DNA from: Candidatus Latescibacterota bacterium
GTDB lineage: Bacteria; Latescibacterota; UBA2968; UBA8231
Length of the DNA: 64,000 nt
NCBI GenBank assembly: GCA_965219385.1
Contig: CBDCNM010000002.1
Location: forward strand, 2,164,936 to 2,228,935
Reading direction: 5' to 3'
Shown here: positions 43,336 through 55,400 of the stretch, in pieces
Layout: each line of letters begins with the position of its first letter
Numbering within the stretch: the first letter of the stretch is position 1
Notes under the pieces: generated by a model
Told to the model about the DNA's origin: nothing
Seen by the model: the letters and a program-made list of their open reading frames with translations, nothing else
Database searches by the model: none
Position numbers and translations under genes: made by a program

Positions 43336-45147
43336 GTGAAAAATCTACGCAATCTTCTAGATCTGCTCAAAAAGGAAAACCAGCTGGTGACCGTAGAGGC
43401 CCCGGTGGACCCGGAACTGGAGATCGCCGAAATCCATCGCCGCGTCATCGCCAGCGGCGGCCCCGCCCTGCTTTTTGCCAATGTCAAAGGCGCGGATTTC
43501 CCCTGCGCAACCAACCTCTTCGGCACCCCTGGGCGGGTGGACCTGGCCTTTGGCAAACGTCCGGAACACTTCATCCAGCAGCTGGTGCAGCTGGCTCAGG
43601 ACCTCACTGCCCTGTCCCTGCGCAAGCTGTGGCAGCACCGCAATTTGGCCGCCGAGGGACTCAAGGTCGGCATGAAAACCACCGATCGGGGCCCCATCGT
43701 CGAGTGCCTGCAAGCGCCGCCCCGACTCACTCGCCTGCCCCTGCTCAAGACCTGGCCCGAGGACGGCGGCTGCTTCATCACCCTGCCCCTGGTCTACACC
43801 GAGCATCCGGATACCTACCACCACAACCTCGGCATGTACCGCATCCAGCGCTACGACGACCAGACCACCGGGGTGCACTGGCAGATCCAGAAAGGCGGCG
43901 GTTTTCACTACCATGTGGCCGAGCAACGCCAGGAGCCCCTGCCCTTGACCATCTTCGTGGGCGGCCCCCCGGCCCTGATCCTGGCGGCCATCGCCCCCCT
44001 GCCCGAGGGCCTGCCTGAGTTGCTCCTCGCTTCCCTGCTCCAGGGGGGCCGTTTGCAACGGGTGAAAAATCCGCGGGGCGGCCACCCCCTGATCGCCGAG
44101 GCCGAATTCGCCATCCAGGGGGTGGTGCCGCCCCATACCCACCGGCCCGAAGGTCCCTTTGGCGACCACTACGGCTACTACTCCCTGCAACACGACTACC
44201 CCATTTTGCAGGTCAGCCACCTCTTCCACCGCCGCGACGCCGTCTTCCCGGCCACGGTCGTGGGCAAGCCGCCGCAGGAGGACTTTTTCCTGGGCGACTA
44301 CATCCAGCAGCTCATGGCGCCCCTGAGCCGGTTGGTCATGCCCTCGATCCAGGCCATCTGGAGCTACGGCGAGACCGGGTACCACTCCCTCTCGTGCATC
44401 GTGGTGCAGGAGCGCTACCCGCGCGAGGCCATGAAATTCGCCTTCCGCATCTTGGGCGAAGACGGCGGCCAGCTCAACCTGACCAAGTTCCTGGTGGTCA
44501 TCGATCGACCCCTCGAACTGGCCGATTTCCGCCAGGTGCTGGAGCACGTCTTGGCGCGGGTCCAGTTTGAGACCGATCTCTTCATCATCGCCAACCTGGC
44601 CATGGATACCCTGGACTACACCGGCCCGGCGGTCAACCAGGGTAGCAAGGGCATCCTCGTCGGCGTGGGCGAGGCCAAACGGGACCTGCCGCGCGCTTTC
44701 ACGGGCGAGTTGCCCGCGGGGGGGCTTGCCGCGGCGCCTTATTGCGCCGGCTGCCTGGCCCTGGCCGGGCCGAGCTATATCCGGGACCCCGACTACGCTC
44801 GCCAGCTGGCCCAGGACCCGGCCGTGGCCGACTGGCCGCTGATCTTCCTGGTGGACGATACCCGCATCGTCGAGAGAAACATCACCTTTTTGTGGAGCAC
44901 CTTCACCCGCTTCGAACCGGCCGCCGACACCTATGCTGCCTCTACCTGGTTGCGCCGTCACCACCTGTGTTTTACGCCTCCTGTGGTCCTGGACTGTCGC
45001 AAAAAACCGGGGTACCCGGACGAGTTGATCGCCGACGAGGAGGTATCCGACAAGGTGACGCGGCGCTGGAGCGAGTACTTTCCCGCGGGGGGAGTGGAAG
45101 GGGTGGAAGATCGCCTCGGCTATACCGGTTTTGCCCTGAAAGACTAG
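43336..45147 (+). CDS. UbiD-family prFMN-dependent decarboxylase
   Basis: NLGMYR, EGPFGDHYGYYS, GKPPQED. RBS AGGAGG before GTG 43336. Confidence 0.9.
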   Translation: MKNLRNLLDLLKKENQLVTVEAPVDPELEIAEIHRRVIASGGPALLFANVKGADFPCATNLFGTPGRVDLAFGKRPEHFIQQLVQLAQDLTALSLRKLWQHRNLAAEGLKVGMKTTDRGPIVECLQAPPRLTRLPLLKTWPEDGGCFITLPLVYTEHPDTYHHNLGMYRIQRYDDQTTGVHWQIQKGGGFHYHVAEQRQEPLPLTIFVGGPPALILAAIAPLPEGLPELLLASLLQGGRLQRVKNPRGGHPLIAEAEFAIQGVVPPHTHRPEGPFGDHYGYYSLQHDYPILQVSHLFHRRDAVFPATVVGKPPQEDFFLGDYIQQLMAPLSRLVMPSIQAIWSYGETGYHSLSCIVVQERYPREAMKFAFRILGEDGGQLNLTKFLVVIDRPLELADFRQVLEHVLARVQFETDLFIIANLAMDTLDYTGPAVNQGSKGILVGVGEAKRDLPRAFTGELPAGGLAAAPYCAGCLALAGPSYIRDPDYARQLAQDPAVADWPLIFLVDDTRIVERNITFLWSTFTRFEPAADTYAASTWLRRHHLCFTPPVVLDCRKKPGYPDELIADEEVSDKVTRRWSEYFPAGGVEGVEDRLGYTGFALKD

Positions 45148-45161
45148 AAAGGATATTCTCC

Positions 45162-46589
45162 ATGGACGACACCCTCTCCTTTGCCAGCCTCCACGAACTG
45201 GCTGCGTTGCTGCGGGAAAGACATCTTTCCCCCGTGGAGCTGACCGAGCACTTCCTGGGGCGCATCGAGCGCTACAACCCCAAACTCAATGCCTATATTG
45301 CGGTGACCGCGGAGCGCGCCCTGGCCACGGCCGGCGCTGTTGAGACCGCCCTGGCCGGCGGGCATTACCTGGGGCCTCTGCACGGCATCCCGGTGGCCCT
45401 CAAGGACCTCATCGACATCGCCGGATTGCCCACCACCGGCGGGTCCGTCCTGCTCAGGGAAAACATAGCTGAAAACGACGCCACCGTGGCCGGCAAAATG
45501 GCCGAGGCCGGGACCGTGCTCCTGGGCAAGACCCACATGGTGGAGTTCGCCTTCGGGGGGGTGGGCATCAACCACCACTACGGCACCCCGTGGAACCCCT
45601 GGGACAGCCAGACCCGGCGCATCCCGGGCGGCTCCAGCAGCGGCTCGGCCGTGGCGGTGGCCGCGGGGCTGGCCCCGGCCGCCCTGGGCAGCGACACCGG
45701 GGGCTCGGTGCGCATCCCATCCTCCTTCTGTGGCCTGGTGGGTCTCAAACCCACCTATGGCCGCATCAGCAACCACGGGGTTTTGCCCCTGGACACTACC
45801 CTGGACTCGGTCGGGCCCATGACCCGTAGCGTGGGGGACGCGGCCCTGCTCTACCAGGTCCTGGCCGGGCCGGACCCGGCCGACCCCCAGACCTGGGACC
45901 AGCCCTGCGGCAATGTGCTGGAGGATCTCGAAGGGGATATCACCGGTATGCGGCTCTGCCTGCCCCAGGAGTACTTCTGGGACGAGGTGGACACCGAGGT
46001 CGAAGAGGCCGTGTGCGCCGGCGCTCAGGTTTTTGCCGAGCTCAATACCCACGTCGAAGAGATCTCCCTCGAGGGACTCGACGATCTGACGGACCTGCGG
46101 GCCCGCGGCAGCCTGGTGCCGGTGGAGACCTACCTCAACCTGAGGGACGACCTCGAAAACAACCTGGATAAGTTCGACCCGATCGTCTCGGCCCGGATGA
46201 TGGACGGCAAGAGTTTTGCGGCCGTGGACTACCTGGAAATACAGCGGGGCTACGCCGACCTGCGGCGCCGGATCGCCCGCTCCCTGCACGCCGTGGACGC
46301 CCTCATCACCCCCACCACTCCCTTCGCGGCCCCACCCGTGGAGGAGGTGGACCGCGAAGATAGCTACTTCCCGATCAACGGGATGTGTCTGCGCAATACC
46401 ACGGCCGTCAATCTCCTGGGGCTGTGCGCCGTTTCCCTGCCCTGCGGCTTCACCCGGGGGGGGCTGCCCATCGGCCTGCAGCTGGTCGGCCGCGCCTTTG
46501 ACGAGGGCCGGCTCCTGCGCCTGGCCCGCGCCTACGAAGAGGCCACGGAATGGGGCCGAAAACAGCCGGAAATGGATGCTTTTGCCTGA
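45162..46589 (+). CDS. Amidase signature family protein
   Basis: GIPVALKDL, GGSSSGS, GSDTGGSVRIP. Confidence 0.93.
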   Translation: MDDTLSFASLHELAALLRERHLSPVELTEHFLGRIERYNPKLNAYIAVTAERALATAGAVETALAGGHYLGPLHGIPVALKDLIDIAGLPTTGGSVLLRENIAENDATVAGKMAEAGTVLLGKTHMVEFAFGGVGINHHYGTPWNPWDSQTRRIPGGSSSGSAVAVAAGLAPAALGSDTGGSVRIPSSFCGLVGLKPTYGRISNHGVLPLDTTLDSVGPMTRSVGDAALLYQVLAGPDPADPQTWDQPCGNVLEDLEGDITGMRLCLPQEYFWDEVDTEVEEAVCAGAQVFAELNTHVEEISLEGLDDLTDLRARGSLVPVETYLNLRDDLENNLDKFDPIVSARMMDGKSFAAVDYLEIQRGYADLRRRIARSLHAVDALITPTTPFAAPPVEEVDREDSYFPINGMCLRNTTAVNLLGLCAVSLPCGFTRGGLPIGLQLVGRAFDEGRLLRLARAYEEATEWGRKQPEMDAFA

Positions 46590-46601
46590 GTTCCGGGGGG
46601 C

Positions 46602-46630
46602 TTGCCAAGATCAGCATCTGCCTCTATATT
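46602..46630 (+). promoter_or_regulatory. Sigma-70 promoter of the tRNA
   Basis: TTGCCA-17 bp-TATATT. Confidence 0.65.
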
Positions 46631-46662
46631 TTAATTTTTCCCACCTAAAAAAGAATCCAAGT

Positions 46663-46737
46663 GCTCCCATCGTCTAGCGGTCAGGACCCAGGGTTTTCAA
46701 CCCTGTAACCGGAGTTCGACTCTCCGTGGGAGCACCA
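46663..46737 (+). tRNA. tRNA-Glu (TTC)
   Basis: Acceptor stem GCTCCCA/TGGGAGC, anticodon arm CAGGG-TTTTCAA-CCCTG, GTTCGAC T-loop, encoded CCA. Confidence 0.96.
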
Positions 46738-46775
46738 ATAATTCAAGCCTATTTTTTGCATTGTCAGACGAGTAG

Positions 46776-46808
46776 AAAGGCCCTTGGAATGAGGGCCTTT
46801 TCTCTTTG
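46776..46808 (+). terminator. Rho-independent terminator
   Basis: AAAGGCCCT-loop-AGGGCCTTT followed by a T-rich tract. Confidence 0.75.
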
Positions 46809-46876
46809 TTGTGTCCTCCCACATCCGGCCAGACCCCACCAAGGCCGCTGATAGAGAACGGCAACCGCGAGTAGGA

Positions 46877-47000
46877 CTGACCTGCGATTGCGAACCGACC
46901 CTGAACGACCGGCAGGTCTTTGGATTCTGCCGCAGGGGCTACCTGATGCTCGAGGCCGTGGTCGAGGACGAAATCAATCAGCGCGCGATGGCTTTCATCG
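46877..47000 (+). pseudogene. PhyH-family N-terminal remnant
   Basis: CEPTLNDRQVFGFCRRGYLMLEAVVEDEINQR. Confidence 0.55.
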
Positions 47001-47027
47001 CCGTGTATCCCTCGTCTAAACTCGCTT

Positions 47028-47066
47028 AATTACTCTATTGACTATTTTTGCTCAATAGAGTAATTT
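47028..47066 (+). promoter_or_regulatory. Promoter overlapped by a perfect 14-bp inverted repeat
   Basis: AATTACTCTATTGA-N10-TCAATAGAGTAATT; TTGACT-17-TAATTT; ATG 47075. Confidence 0.75.
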
Positions 47067-47074
47067 TGCCTATT

Positions 47075-48325
47075 ATGGCCCCTTTCCAGCGCTCGCAGGT
47101 CAACACGCTCGGCCACCGGCTGGCCGAGGCGCCCCACCGGCTCATCGCCCTGTTCGGGCCGCGCCAAACCGGCAAGACCACCATCGTGCGCCAAGCACTG
47201 CGGCAGATTGACCTCGAAAGCCGCTACCTGGCCGTTGACGAACCCGACTCTTCCGTGCTCCGCGTCCCGTCCGCTGCGGCCGAGGCAACCTTCCTTGCGC
47301 CACAGGTGCGAGACGCGGAATGGTTGGTGCAAAACTGGGAAGAAGCCCGGCGCGAGGCGGAACGATCAGGCGGATTCGTGCTGGCGATCGACGAGATTCA
47401 GCAGATTCCCCAATGGTCGGAGACCGTCAAGGGCCTGTGGGACGCTGACCGCGCCAGAGATTGTCCCTTGCACGTGGTTATCCTGGGCTCGGCCCCGCTG
47501 CTCATGCAGTCGGGCTTGAGCGAGAGCCTCGCCGGCCGCTTTGAATCTATCCGCGTCACCCACTGGTCGTTCGCGGAAATGGCCGAGGCCTTCGGCTTCG
47601 ACCTGCCGCAATACCTCTATTTCGGCGGCTACCCGGGCGCGGTGCGTTTCGTTCGAGACCCGGACCGGTGGCGCGACTATATCCTCGGCGCGCTCGTCGA
47701 GCCGAACATCGAGCGGGATCTCCTCGCCATGACCCGGGTGGACAAGCCGGCGCTGCTGAAGCGGCTCTTCGAATTGGGCGCCGCCTATTCCGGGCAGATC
47801 TTGTCCTACACCAAGATGCTGGGCCAACTCCAGGACGCCGGAAATACGACCACCCTGGCGCGCTACCTCGATTTGCTCGCGAGCGCCGGCCTGCTCGCCG
47901 GGGTGCCGAAGTATTCCAACCAACTGCAGAGGCGCAGGGCCTCAAGTCCCAAGCTCAATGTGCTCAACACGGCCCTGATGACGGCCGGTTCGGGGTATTC
48001 CTTCGCCGAGGCGCAGGCAGACCGCAGCTTCTGGGGGCGCATCGTCGAGAGCGCGGTCGGCGCGCACTTGTTCAACACCGCGACGCCGGACATTCATCTT
48101 CATTACTGGCGAGAAGGATCGCACGAGGTCAACTTCGTCCTGCAACGGGGGCCTCGGATCGTTGCCATCGAAGTGAAGAGCGGCGCACAGAGGATGTCCT
48201 TGGGAGGAATGGACGAGTTTGAGCGGCGCTTTAGGCCCCGTTGTTCGCTGCTTGTTGGGGAAGGCGGTATACCGCTCAACGAGTTTCTCACGGTGCCCGC
48301 CCATCACTGGTTCGAGGAAATATGA
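47075..48325 (+). CDS. AAA_14 ATPase with DUF4143-like C-terminal domain
   Basis: GPRQTGKTT, IDEIQ, LGSA, ESLAGRF, GGYP, WREGSHEVNFV...AIEVKSG. Confidence 0.9.
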   Translation: MAPFQRSQVNTLGHRLAEAPHRLIALFGPRQTGKTTIVRQALRQIDLESRYLAVDEPDSSVLRVPSAAAEATFLAPQVRDAEWLVQNWEEARREAERSGGFVLAIDEIQQIPQWSETVKGLWDADRARDCPLHVVILGSAPLLMQSGLSESLAGRFESIRVTHWSFAEMAEAFGFDLPQYLYFGGYPGAVRFVRDPDRWRDYILGALVEPNIERDLLAMTRVDKPALLKRLFELGAAYSGQILSYTKMLGQLQDAGNTTTLARYLDLLASAGLLAGVPKYSNQLQRRRASSPKLNVLNTALMTAGSGYSFAEAQADRSFWGRIVESAVGAHLFNTATPDIHLHYWREGSHEVNFVLQRGPRIVAIEVKSGAQRMSLGGMDEFERRFRPRCSLLVGEGGIPLNEFLTVPAHHWFEEI

Positions 48326-51300
48326 GCATGATCGTTCCCCGCACCTGCACCGAGATCTCGACAGGGGATGCGGATCAGCATCGGGAGAAGGAGCCCCGGC
48401 CTCTCGAAACGTTTCGGGATGCGCCAGCCTATGTGTTGCTCGGCGACCCTGGTGCCGGCAAGACGACCACTTTTGAGGCCGAGTGCAAGGCGCTTGGGGA
48501 GAATGCCTGTCTGATCACCGCCCGCGACTTTCTCGCCTTGGACATGGATAGCCATCCTGAATGGCGCGGTAAGACGCTCTTTATTGACGGACTCGATGAA
48601 ATCCGCGTCAGCGCGTACGACGCACGCACGCCCTTCGACCAAATCCGCAGGCGTCTCGACTCGCTGGGCAAGCCGCGCTTTCGCCTCTCGTGCCGGGAAG
48701 CGGACTGGCTAGGAGCAAATGATCGGAGGCACTTGGAATCCGTTTCGCCGGACTCCCCAGTGAAGATCCTGCGGCTCAATCCCCTGACGGATTCGGATGT
48801 TGCCGGTATCCTGAATGCCCGACCGGACATCGGCGGTGCCCAGGCATTCATCGCCTCAGCTCAGGGGCGTTGACGGACTGCTTGCAAACCCGCAGACCCT
48901 CAAGATGCTGGGCGATGTCGTTGGCGGCGGCGGAGGGTGGCCTGATAGCCGCAAAGAGACCTTCGAGAGGGCTTGCGGTCAGATGGTTCGCGAGCACAAC
49001 GAGGAACATCAAGCGGCGCAAGCGTCGAAAGGTTCACCTTCATCCGGCCAGCTTCTCGACGCCGCCGGACGCCTCTGCGCCGTTCAATTGATTGCGGGTG
49101 CCGCCGGGTACAGGTTGCACGGGCAGGCGGACGAAGAGTACCCTGCTTTGGACCAGGGCGACTATGCTCCCCCCGAAATGCTCCGGCCGGCACTCGCCAC
49201 CAAGTTGTTCAAGGGCGCATCCAGTAACCACTTCGCCCCGGTTCACCGCCACATTGCCGAATTCCTCGGCGCCCGGCACCTCGCCCAAATCATCGGCGAC
49301 GGGCTGCCCGCTCGGCGCGTAATCGCCCTGATTACGGGAGAGGACGGCACCGTGGTTACGGAGATGAGGGGCTTGTCCGCCTGGCTCGCGGCCCATTGCA
49401 AGGACGCCCGGGCGGACCTCATCGAACGCGATCCCATCGGCGTCGGGCTATACGGCGACATCGGCGGGTTCTCCACCGGCGAGAAACGGGCGCTCTTGGC
49501 ATCCCTGAACCGCGAAGCGTCCCGGCTCGATTCCGTGTGGAGGACGGCCGCGGCCTTTAGCGCGCTTGCCACGCCCGACATGGAACCCGTGCTCAAGGAG
49601 ATCTTGACTGATTCCAGTCGAGAAAAAGAGCATCAGTTGGTTGCCGATTTCGTACTGCGCGTTTTGACGGAAGGTGGCCCCCTGCCGAATCTTTCCGAGA
49701 TTCTACTCGGAATCGTCTGCGATGACACGCGGTGGCCGCGCGTCAGTTATGCCGCCCTCGATGCCTTCATCCACAACTGCCCGGACAGCGAGGACAAAAC
49801 GAGCAAGCTCAAAGCACTGCTGGCAGATATTCAAAAGGGGAGCGTCTCCGATCCCGACAACGAACTCCTCGGCACCTTGCTGACTCAGCTCTACCCCCAG
49901 GAACTGCCGCCATCGGAGGTGTGGGACGACCTTTCCGAGGCAGGGAACCCGGAATTCTTTGGAAGATACTGGCAGTTCTGGGATACCGAACTTCTCGCCA
50001 AGTCCTCGGACGAGCAGATAGGTGAACTCCTCGACCATCTGCAGCAGCGGTTTCCTGGCTTGCAGCCTGCTCTGGATGTCCGTGACTTGAACTCCCTTCC
50101 CTTCAAACTCTTAGCCCGCGGCCTGAAAGCGCACGGAGACCAACTGGACACGAAGCGTCTGTACGACTTGCTCGATGTGGGTTTCGCAGGGAATCAGGAC
50201 GGATTCTCGGTCGGTGACGAAGAAGCCATTCAGGAGATACGTGTGTGGCTGGAGCAGTGTCCCGAGGTCCAGAAGGCCGTCGTCATGGAGGGACTAGAGC
50301 GGTGTCCCGAATCCGACGAATTCAGGGCGCACGCATCCAATGTCCGAAAGCGCCTGTACGGTGCTAGCCCGCCGCCTGACTTCGGTCTCTGGTGCCTGAA
50401 GCAGGCCGTCGCCATGGCGGACACCAAACCGCTAGTTGCCGAACACCTGCTTAGGTGGGCTGTCATGGCGCATACTGATCAAAGCGGCAACGAGGGCCTG
50501 TCCCTCAAAGTCCTGCGAGAATACACGCGGAAGAACGAGACGCTAAGTTCTAACTTGACTAGACTGCTTTCTCCTCCGCCCATCCCGCCCATTTCGCCGA
50601 GGCAACAGGAATTGCGAGAACGGGCGCGGATATTCACCGAAGAACGAAAGCAGCAAGAGGAGCAATGGCTTGAATATGTCCGCTCCAATGAAGCCGCGCT
50701 GCGCGAGAACCGAGCCGCCCCTTACTTGCTTCACCAGATGGTCTATAAGCACTTCAGGCGCTTCTTCAATCGCAGCGGCGATGCCGGATTGAAGGCCATC
50801 GAGGAGGAACTCCGAGGCGACCGTGGTTTGATCGATGCCACGCTTCAGGGCCTTCGCGGTGCGATTGACCGGGAGGACGTTCCGGACGTCAATGAGATTC
50901 TCGGCCTCCGAGAAAGAGGCCGCATGCACCGTCTCGGCTTGCCGTTCCTGGCGGGCTTGGAGGAAGTCGAAAGAACAGCATCGGAAGACCCATCTCGATG
51001 GGACGACAGCCGGATTCGCAAGGCGATTGCATTCTATTACTGTATGGCCCTCTTGAATTATCAGCCCCAATGGTATCGACGACTTCTTGCGGCGCGTCCT
51101 GAGATCGTCGCCGAGGTGCAGGTGCAATTCGCCGTTTCTGGGTTCCGAAGCGGTCGCGAGCACATTCACAAGCTCTGGGAACTCGCGCACGGCCCGGACC
51201 ACGCTCAAGTCGCTCGGTACGCGAGCCTGCCCTTGCTTCGCGCCTTTCCGACTCGTTGCAAGCTGAAGCAGATCCAATCACTGGATTATCTGCTCTGGGC

Positions 51301-52426
51301 CGCACTGCAATATGCCGACAGGGCACCGCTTCAGGAACTGATCGAAACGAAGCTCTCTCGGACGAGCATGAACGACGCCCAGCGCGTGCATTGGTTGGCG
51401 GCGGGCGTCATCGTTGCGCCAGGGGCGTACAATGGTTTCCTGAGAGACTTCGCAGAGGGGCGAGAAGGCCGAATTCGGCATCTAACGGAGTTCTTTGAAA
51501 ATTGCGTACGGTTAGGGGTCTCGTCCGATGAGTTGGGGGTTAGGGTCTTGGAACCCCTCATCCGTCTTGTTGGAAGTTACGCCGGACCCGATCAGCGATG
51601 GAGTGATAAACCGGAACCCGTTGGCGTTGAAATGAACGCCTCTGAACTTGTCCATAAGCTGATTCAGAACCTCGCCACTTCTCCTACTAAGGACGCGAGC
51701 GACGTTCTGGATAGCCTTTGTTCCGATCCGGCGCTATCCCGCTGGCGCGACGTACTATCGCAGGCGCAAGATGCCCAACGAGTGACTTGGCGCGACGCCA
51801 GCTATCGCCACCCCAATATCGAGCAGGTCTGCCAGGCACTGAATGGCGGTACGCCCGCCAACCCCGGCGACCTCGCGGCCCTCGTGATGGACCGGCTGCT
51901 CGAGCTTGCCGACCAAATACGACGCGGCAATACCGACGACTGGCGCCAGTACTGGAATCTCGACTCGCACGGCAGACTCGAGGAACCGCGACCCGAGGAA
52001 CCGTGCCGGGATGCGCTGCTTTCGGATCTGCGACAACGCCTCCCGCAAGGAGTCGATGCCCAACCCGAGGGACAGTACGCCAACGACAAGCGAGCCGACA
52101 TACGGGTTTCATACGGGGATTTTCAGGTGCCGGTGGAAATCAAGAGGAACAAGCATCCTGATCTCTGGAGCGCGTTGCGAAACCAGCTAATCGCTCAGTA
52201 CACGAGCGACCCAGACACGGACGGGTACGGGATTTACCTGGTGTTCTGGTTCGGCAAAGACCTCACCCAGCCCCCGCCCTCCGGTGCTCGCCCGGCTGAC
52301 GCCGAAGGGCTGAAAGAACGACTGGAAGCGACGCTGGCGCCCGACAAAGCGCGCAAGATCTCGGTCTGTGTAATCGACGTAAGTCGAAATGCCGAGCAAC
52401 AAAGCAGATCGCCGGTGAAGTCTTGA
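48322..52426 (+). pseudogene. NACHT/STAND-like NTPase with helical region and C-terminal PD-(D/E)xK nuclease, split by one frameshift at about 48865
   Basis: LLGDPGAGKTT, FIDGLDE and SCR lie in ORF 48322-48873; GLLANPQTL, PVHRHIAEFLGA and RADIRV...VPVEIK lie in ORF 48815-52426. Confidence 0.82.
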
Positions 52427-52465
52427 ATAAGGCAATGTCCTCTTGGACCACGGAGAGTAACTGAT

Positions 52466-55400
52466 ATGCCCGGCCAATTGTTCACCCACTACTTCCTCAC
52501 CGACGGCATACGCGAGACGCCGGAGTGGCAAGCGTCTGTGGCCCAACCGGAGGTATTTGCCGCATTCAGGGAGGGTGCTGCCCGACATCACGACGCCCTC
52601 AGCCGTTCCCAAGACCCCAACGAAGCCCGCACGGAGGAAGAACTGATTCGTCCGGTTCTGGAGCTATTGGGATGGACCGAGTACGTACCTCAGCCAAGCG
52701 CAGCCGGCCATGAGGATATTCCCGATCATCTACTGTTCGCCGATGCTGAATCCAAGGCGCGTGCCACCGAACGCAACCCCGGGAATCCCTTCCAGCACGC
52801 GGCGGTGGTCGAGGAGAGCAAGCGCTTTGGGCTTGCGCTCGACAGCCGGGACCAGAGTGACCGGGCGCAGCGCGGCACGCCGCACGGCCAAATCCTCGGG
52901 TACCTCTCCACGGCTGAGATCAAGTCGGAGGGCCGCATGCGCTGGGGCATCCTCACCAATGGCGGCGTCTGGCGGCTCTACGACTACCGCGCCCGGCCCC
53001 GCGCCAGCGGCTATTTCGAGACTGACTTGGCTGAAGTACTCAAGGCCGATGACGAACATGGTCTCCGCGTTTTTCATCTACTGTTCCGCCGTGAGTCCTT
53101 CACACTCCGGGACGGGGCCACGACCACCTTCCTCGAAGCGGCGCTGGCCGAGGGCCGCCGCTATGAGGAAGAGGTCGCGCAGGACCTTTCGGGGGTGGTG
53201 TTCGAGCGCGTCTTCCCCAGCCTCGTCAATGCGCTTGCCAAGGAATCGGGCGAGGACCTCGCCGAGAGCCGGGATGCGGCGCTGATCTTCCTCTATCGCC
53301 TGCTCTTCGTGCTCTACGCTGAGGACCGGGGCCTGCTGCCGGTCAATGACGCGCGTTACGACGACTATGGTTTGCGCAAACCTGTCCGCGACGACATTGA
53401 GCACAGGATGGCGGAGGGGGATACCTACTCGGCCATTGCCACCAACTATTACGACCACCTGACGACATTGTTCAAGCTCATTGACCAGGGCGACCCGTCC
53501 ATTGGCCTGCCGCCCTACAACGGGGGGCTATTCGCGTCGGAAGCCGCTCCATTGCTGGAAGCGGTCCGCCTATCCGACGCGAACATCGCGCCCATCATCT
53601 ACGACCTGAGCCACACCGGGGATCCGCAGGGGAAGCGCCGCTTTGTCAACTACCGCGACATGTCGGTGCAGCAGCTTGGCTCGATCTACGAGCGGCTGCT
53701 GGAGCGCGAGCCGGTGCGCGGCGACGATGGCAAGATCGTCATCCGCCCCAATCCCTATGCCCGCAAGGACAGCGGCAGTTTCTATACCTCTCAGGAACTC
53801 GTCGATCTGATTGTCGAGCGGACCTTGAAGCCGCTGGCCGAAGAGCGTCTCAACGCCTTTAAGGACAAGGCCGCGGCGCTCAAAAGCGACCGCCGGCCAA
53901 AGCGGGAACGACGGGCTGAGCTTGAGCAACTCGACCCGGCGGAGGCGGTCCTGGACCTGAAGGTCCTGGACCCGGCCATGGGCAGCGGGCACTTCCTGGT
54001 CACCGCGGTGGACTTCCTGTCGGACTACATCGCCGAGTTGATCGAGTACGCGCCCGCCGCGGTCCCGGAGTGGCTCAATGGCGGGTACGTGTCGCCCCTC
54101 GTGAAACGTGTGGCGACGATTCGGGCCGACATTCGCAAACGGGCCAACGAATCGAACTGGGTCCTGGACGAGGCCCAGCTTACCGACCAGGCCATCATCC
54201 GCCGCATGGTGCTCAAGCGCTGCATCTACGGGGTGGACAAGAACCGTCTGACGGTCGAGCTGGCCAAGGTGTCGCTGTGGCTGCACAGCTTTACCGTGGG
54301 CGCGCCGTTGTCCTTCCTCGACCACCACCTGCGTTGCGGCGACTCGCTGGTCGGCCTGCGGGTGTCACAGGCGGTGCAGGACTTGGCCCAATGGATCGAA
54401 CTGTTTACCGTCAGCGCCATTGCCGGGGCGGAGATGGCCACTGACGGGATGCAGCGCATTGAGGAGATGTCCGACGCCGACGTGGCCGAGGTGCAGGCGT
54501 CGGCGGCGCTGTTTCACGGGGTGGAGCAGACCACGGCGGACCTCCGCGGTCTGCTCGACTTCCTCTGCGGCTATCGCTGGCTGACCGCGGGAATGAAGAA
54601 GAAAGAACGCGACACATTCGAGGAGCCGCTGGTCATGGCGCTCGGCTGGCATACGGCGACGGCTTACGAGCTTTTGGCGCGAGGCCCGGAGGAGATGGGC
54701 GACGCTCCGCCCGATTCCGGCGCCACCAAAACCTGGTCGCGGTTTGCCGAGCTGTGGCGCGAGGCCCGCACCCTCGCCGACCAGGAGGGCTTCCTGCACT
54801 GGGAGGTGGCCTTTCCGGGGGTGTGGCGCTATTGGCAGAATATCCGCCCGCAAGGCGGCTTCGACGCGGTCATTGGCAATCCGCCGTGGGACCGCATCAA
54901 GCTGCAGGAGGTGGAGTGGTTTGCCACTCGCGCCCCCGAACTCGCGCTGGCGCCGACCGCGGCGAAGCGGCGAAAAGGCATTCAGCGGCTGCGCGACCAA
55001 GGCGCCCCCCTTGCGGCCGAGTTCGATGCAGCCAAGGCGCAGTCCGAGAGTCTGAGTCAAATGATGCGCTCCGGTGGTGACTACCCTTTGCTCAGCGGCG
55101 GCGACATCAACCTCTACTCGCTGTTTGTGGAAAGGGCCATGAGCCTGATTAAGCCGGATGGCTTTGTCGGCCTGCTGACGCCGTCGGGCATTTACGCCGA
55201 CAAGACCGCGGCCCGCTTCTTCAAGTCCGTTTCGACCAAAGGCCGGGTAGGCGGCCTGTTGGATTTTGAGAACCGTCGCCTCGGAACCGATCTGCCGCCT
55301 TTCTTCCCGGATGTGGACTCCCGCTTCAAATTCTGCGCCCTCATCTTGGGTGGCGAGGAGCGTCGGTTCGACCAGACCGAATGCGCCTTCTTCCTGCACG

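Noticed and set aside
31722..46589. Long ORF-track N-termini (34115, 33877, 44742, 43282; likewise 1089 and 7702)
   Set aside because: They overlap neighbouring genes or promoters; downstream starts with an RBS, promoter or family-typical N-terminus fit better.
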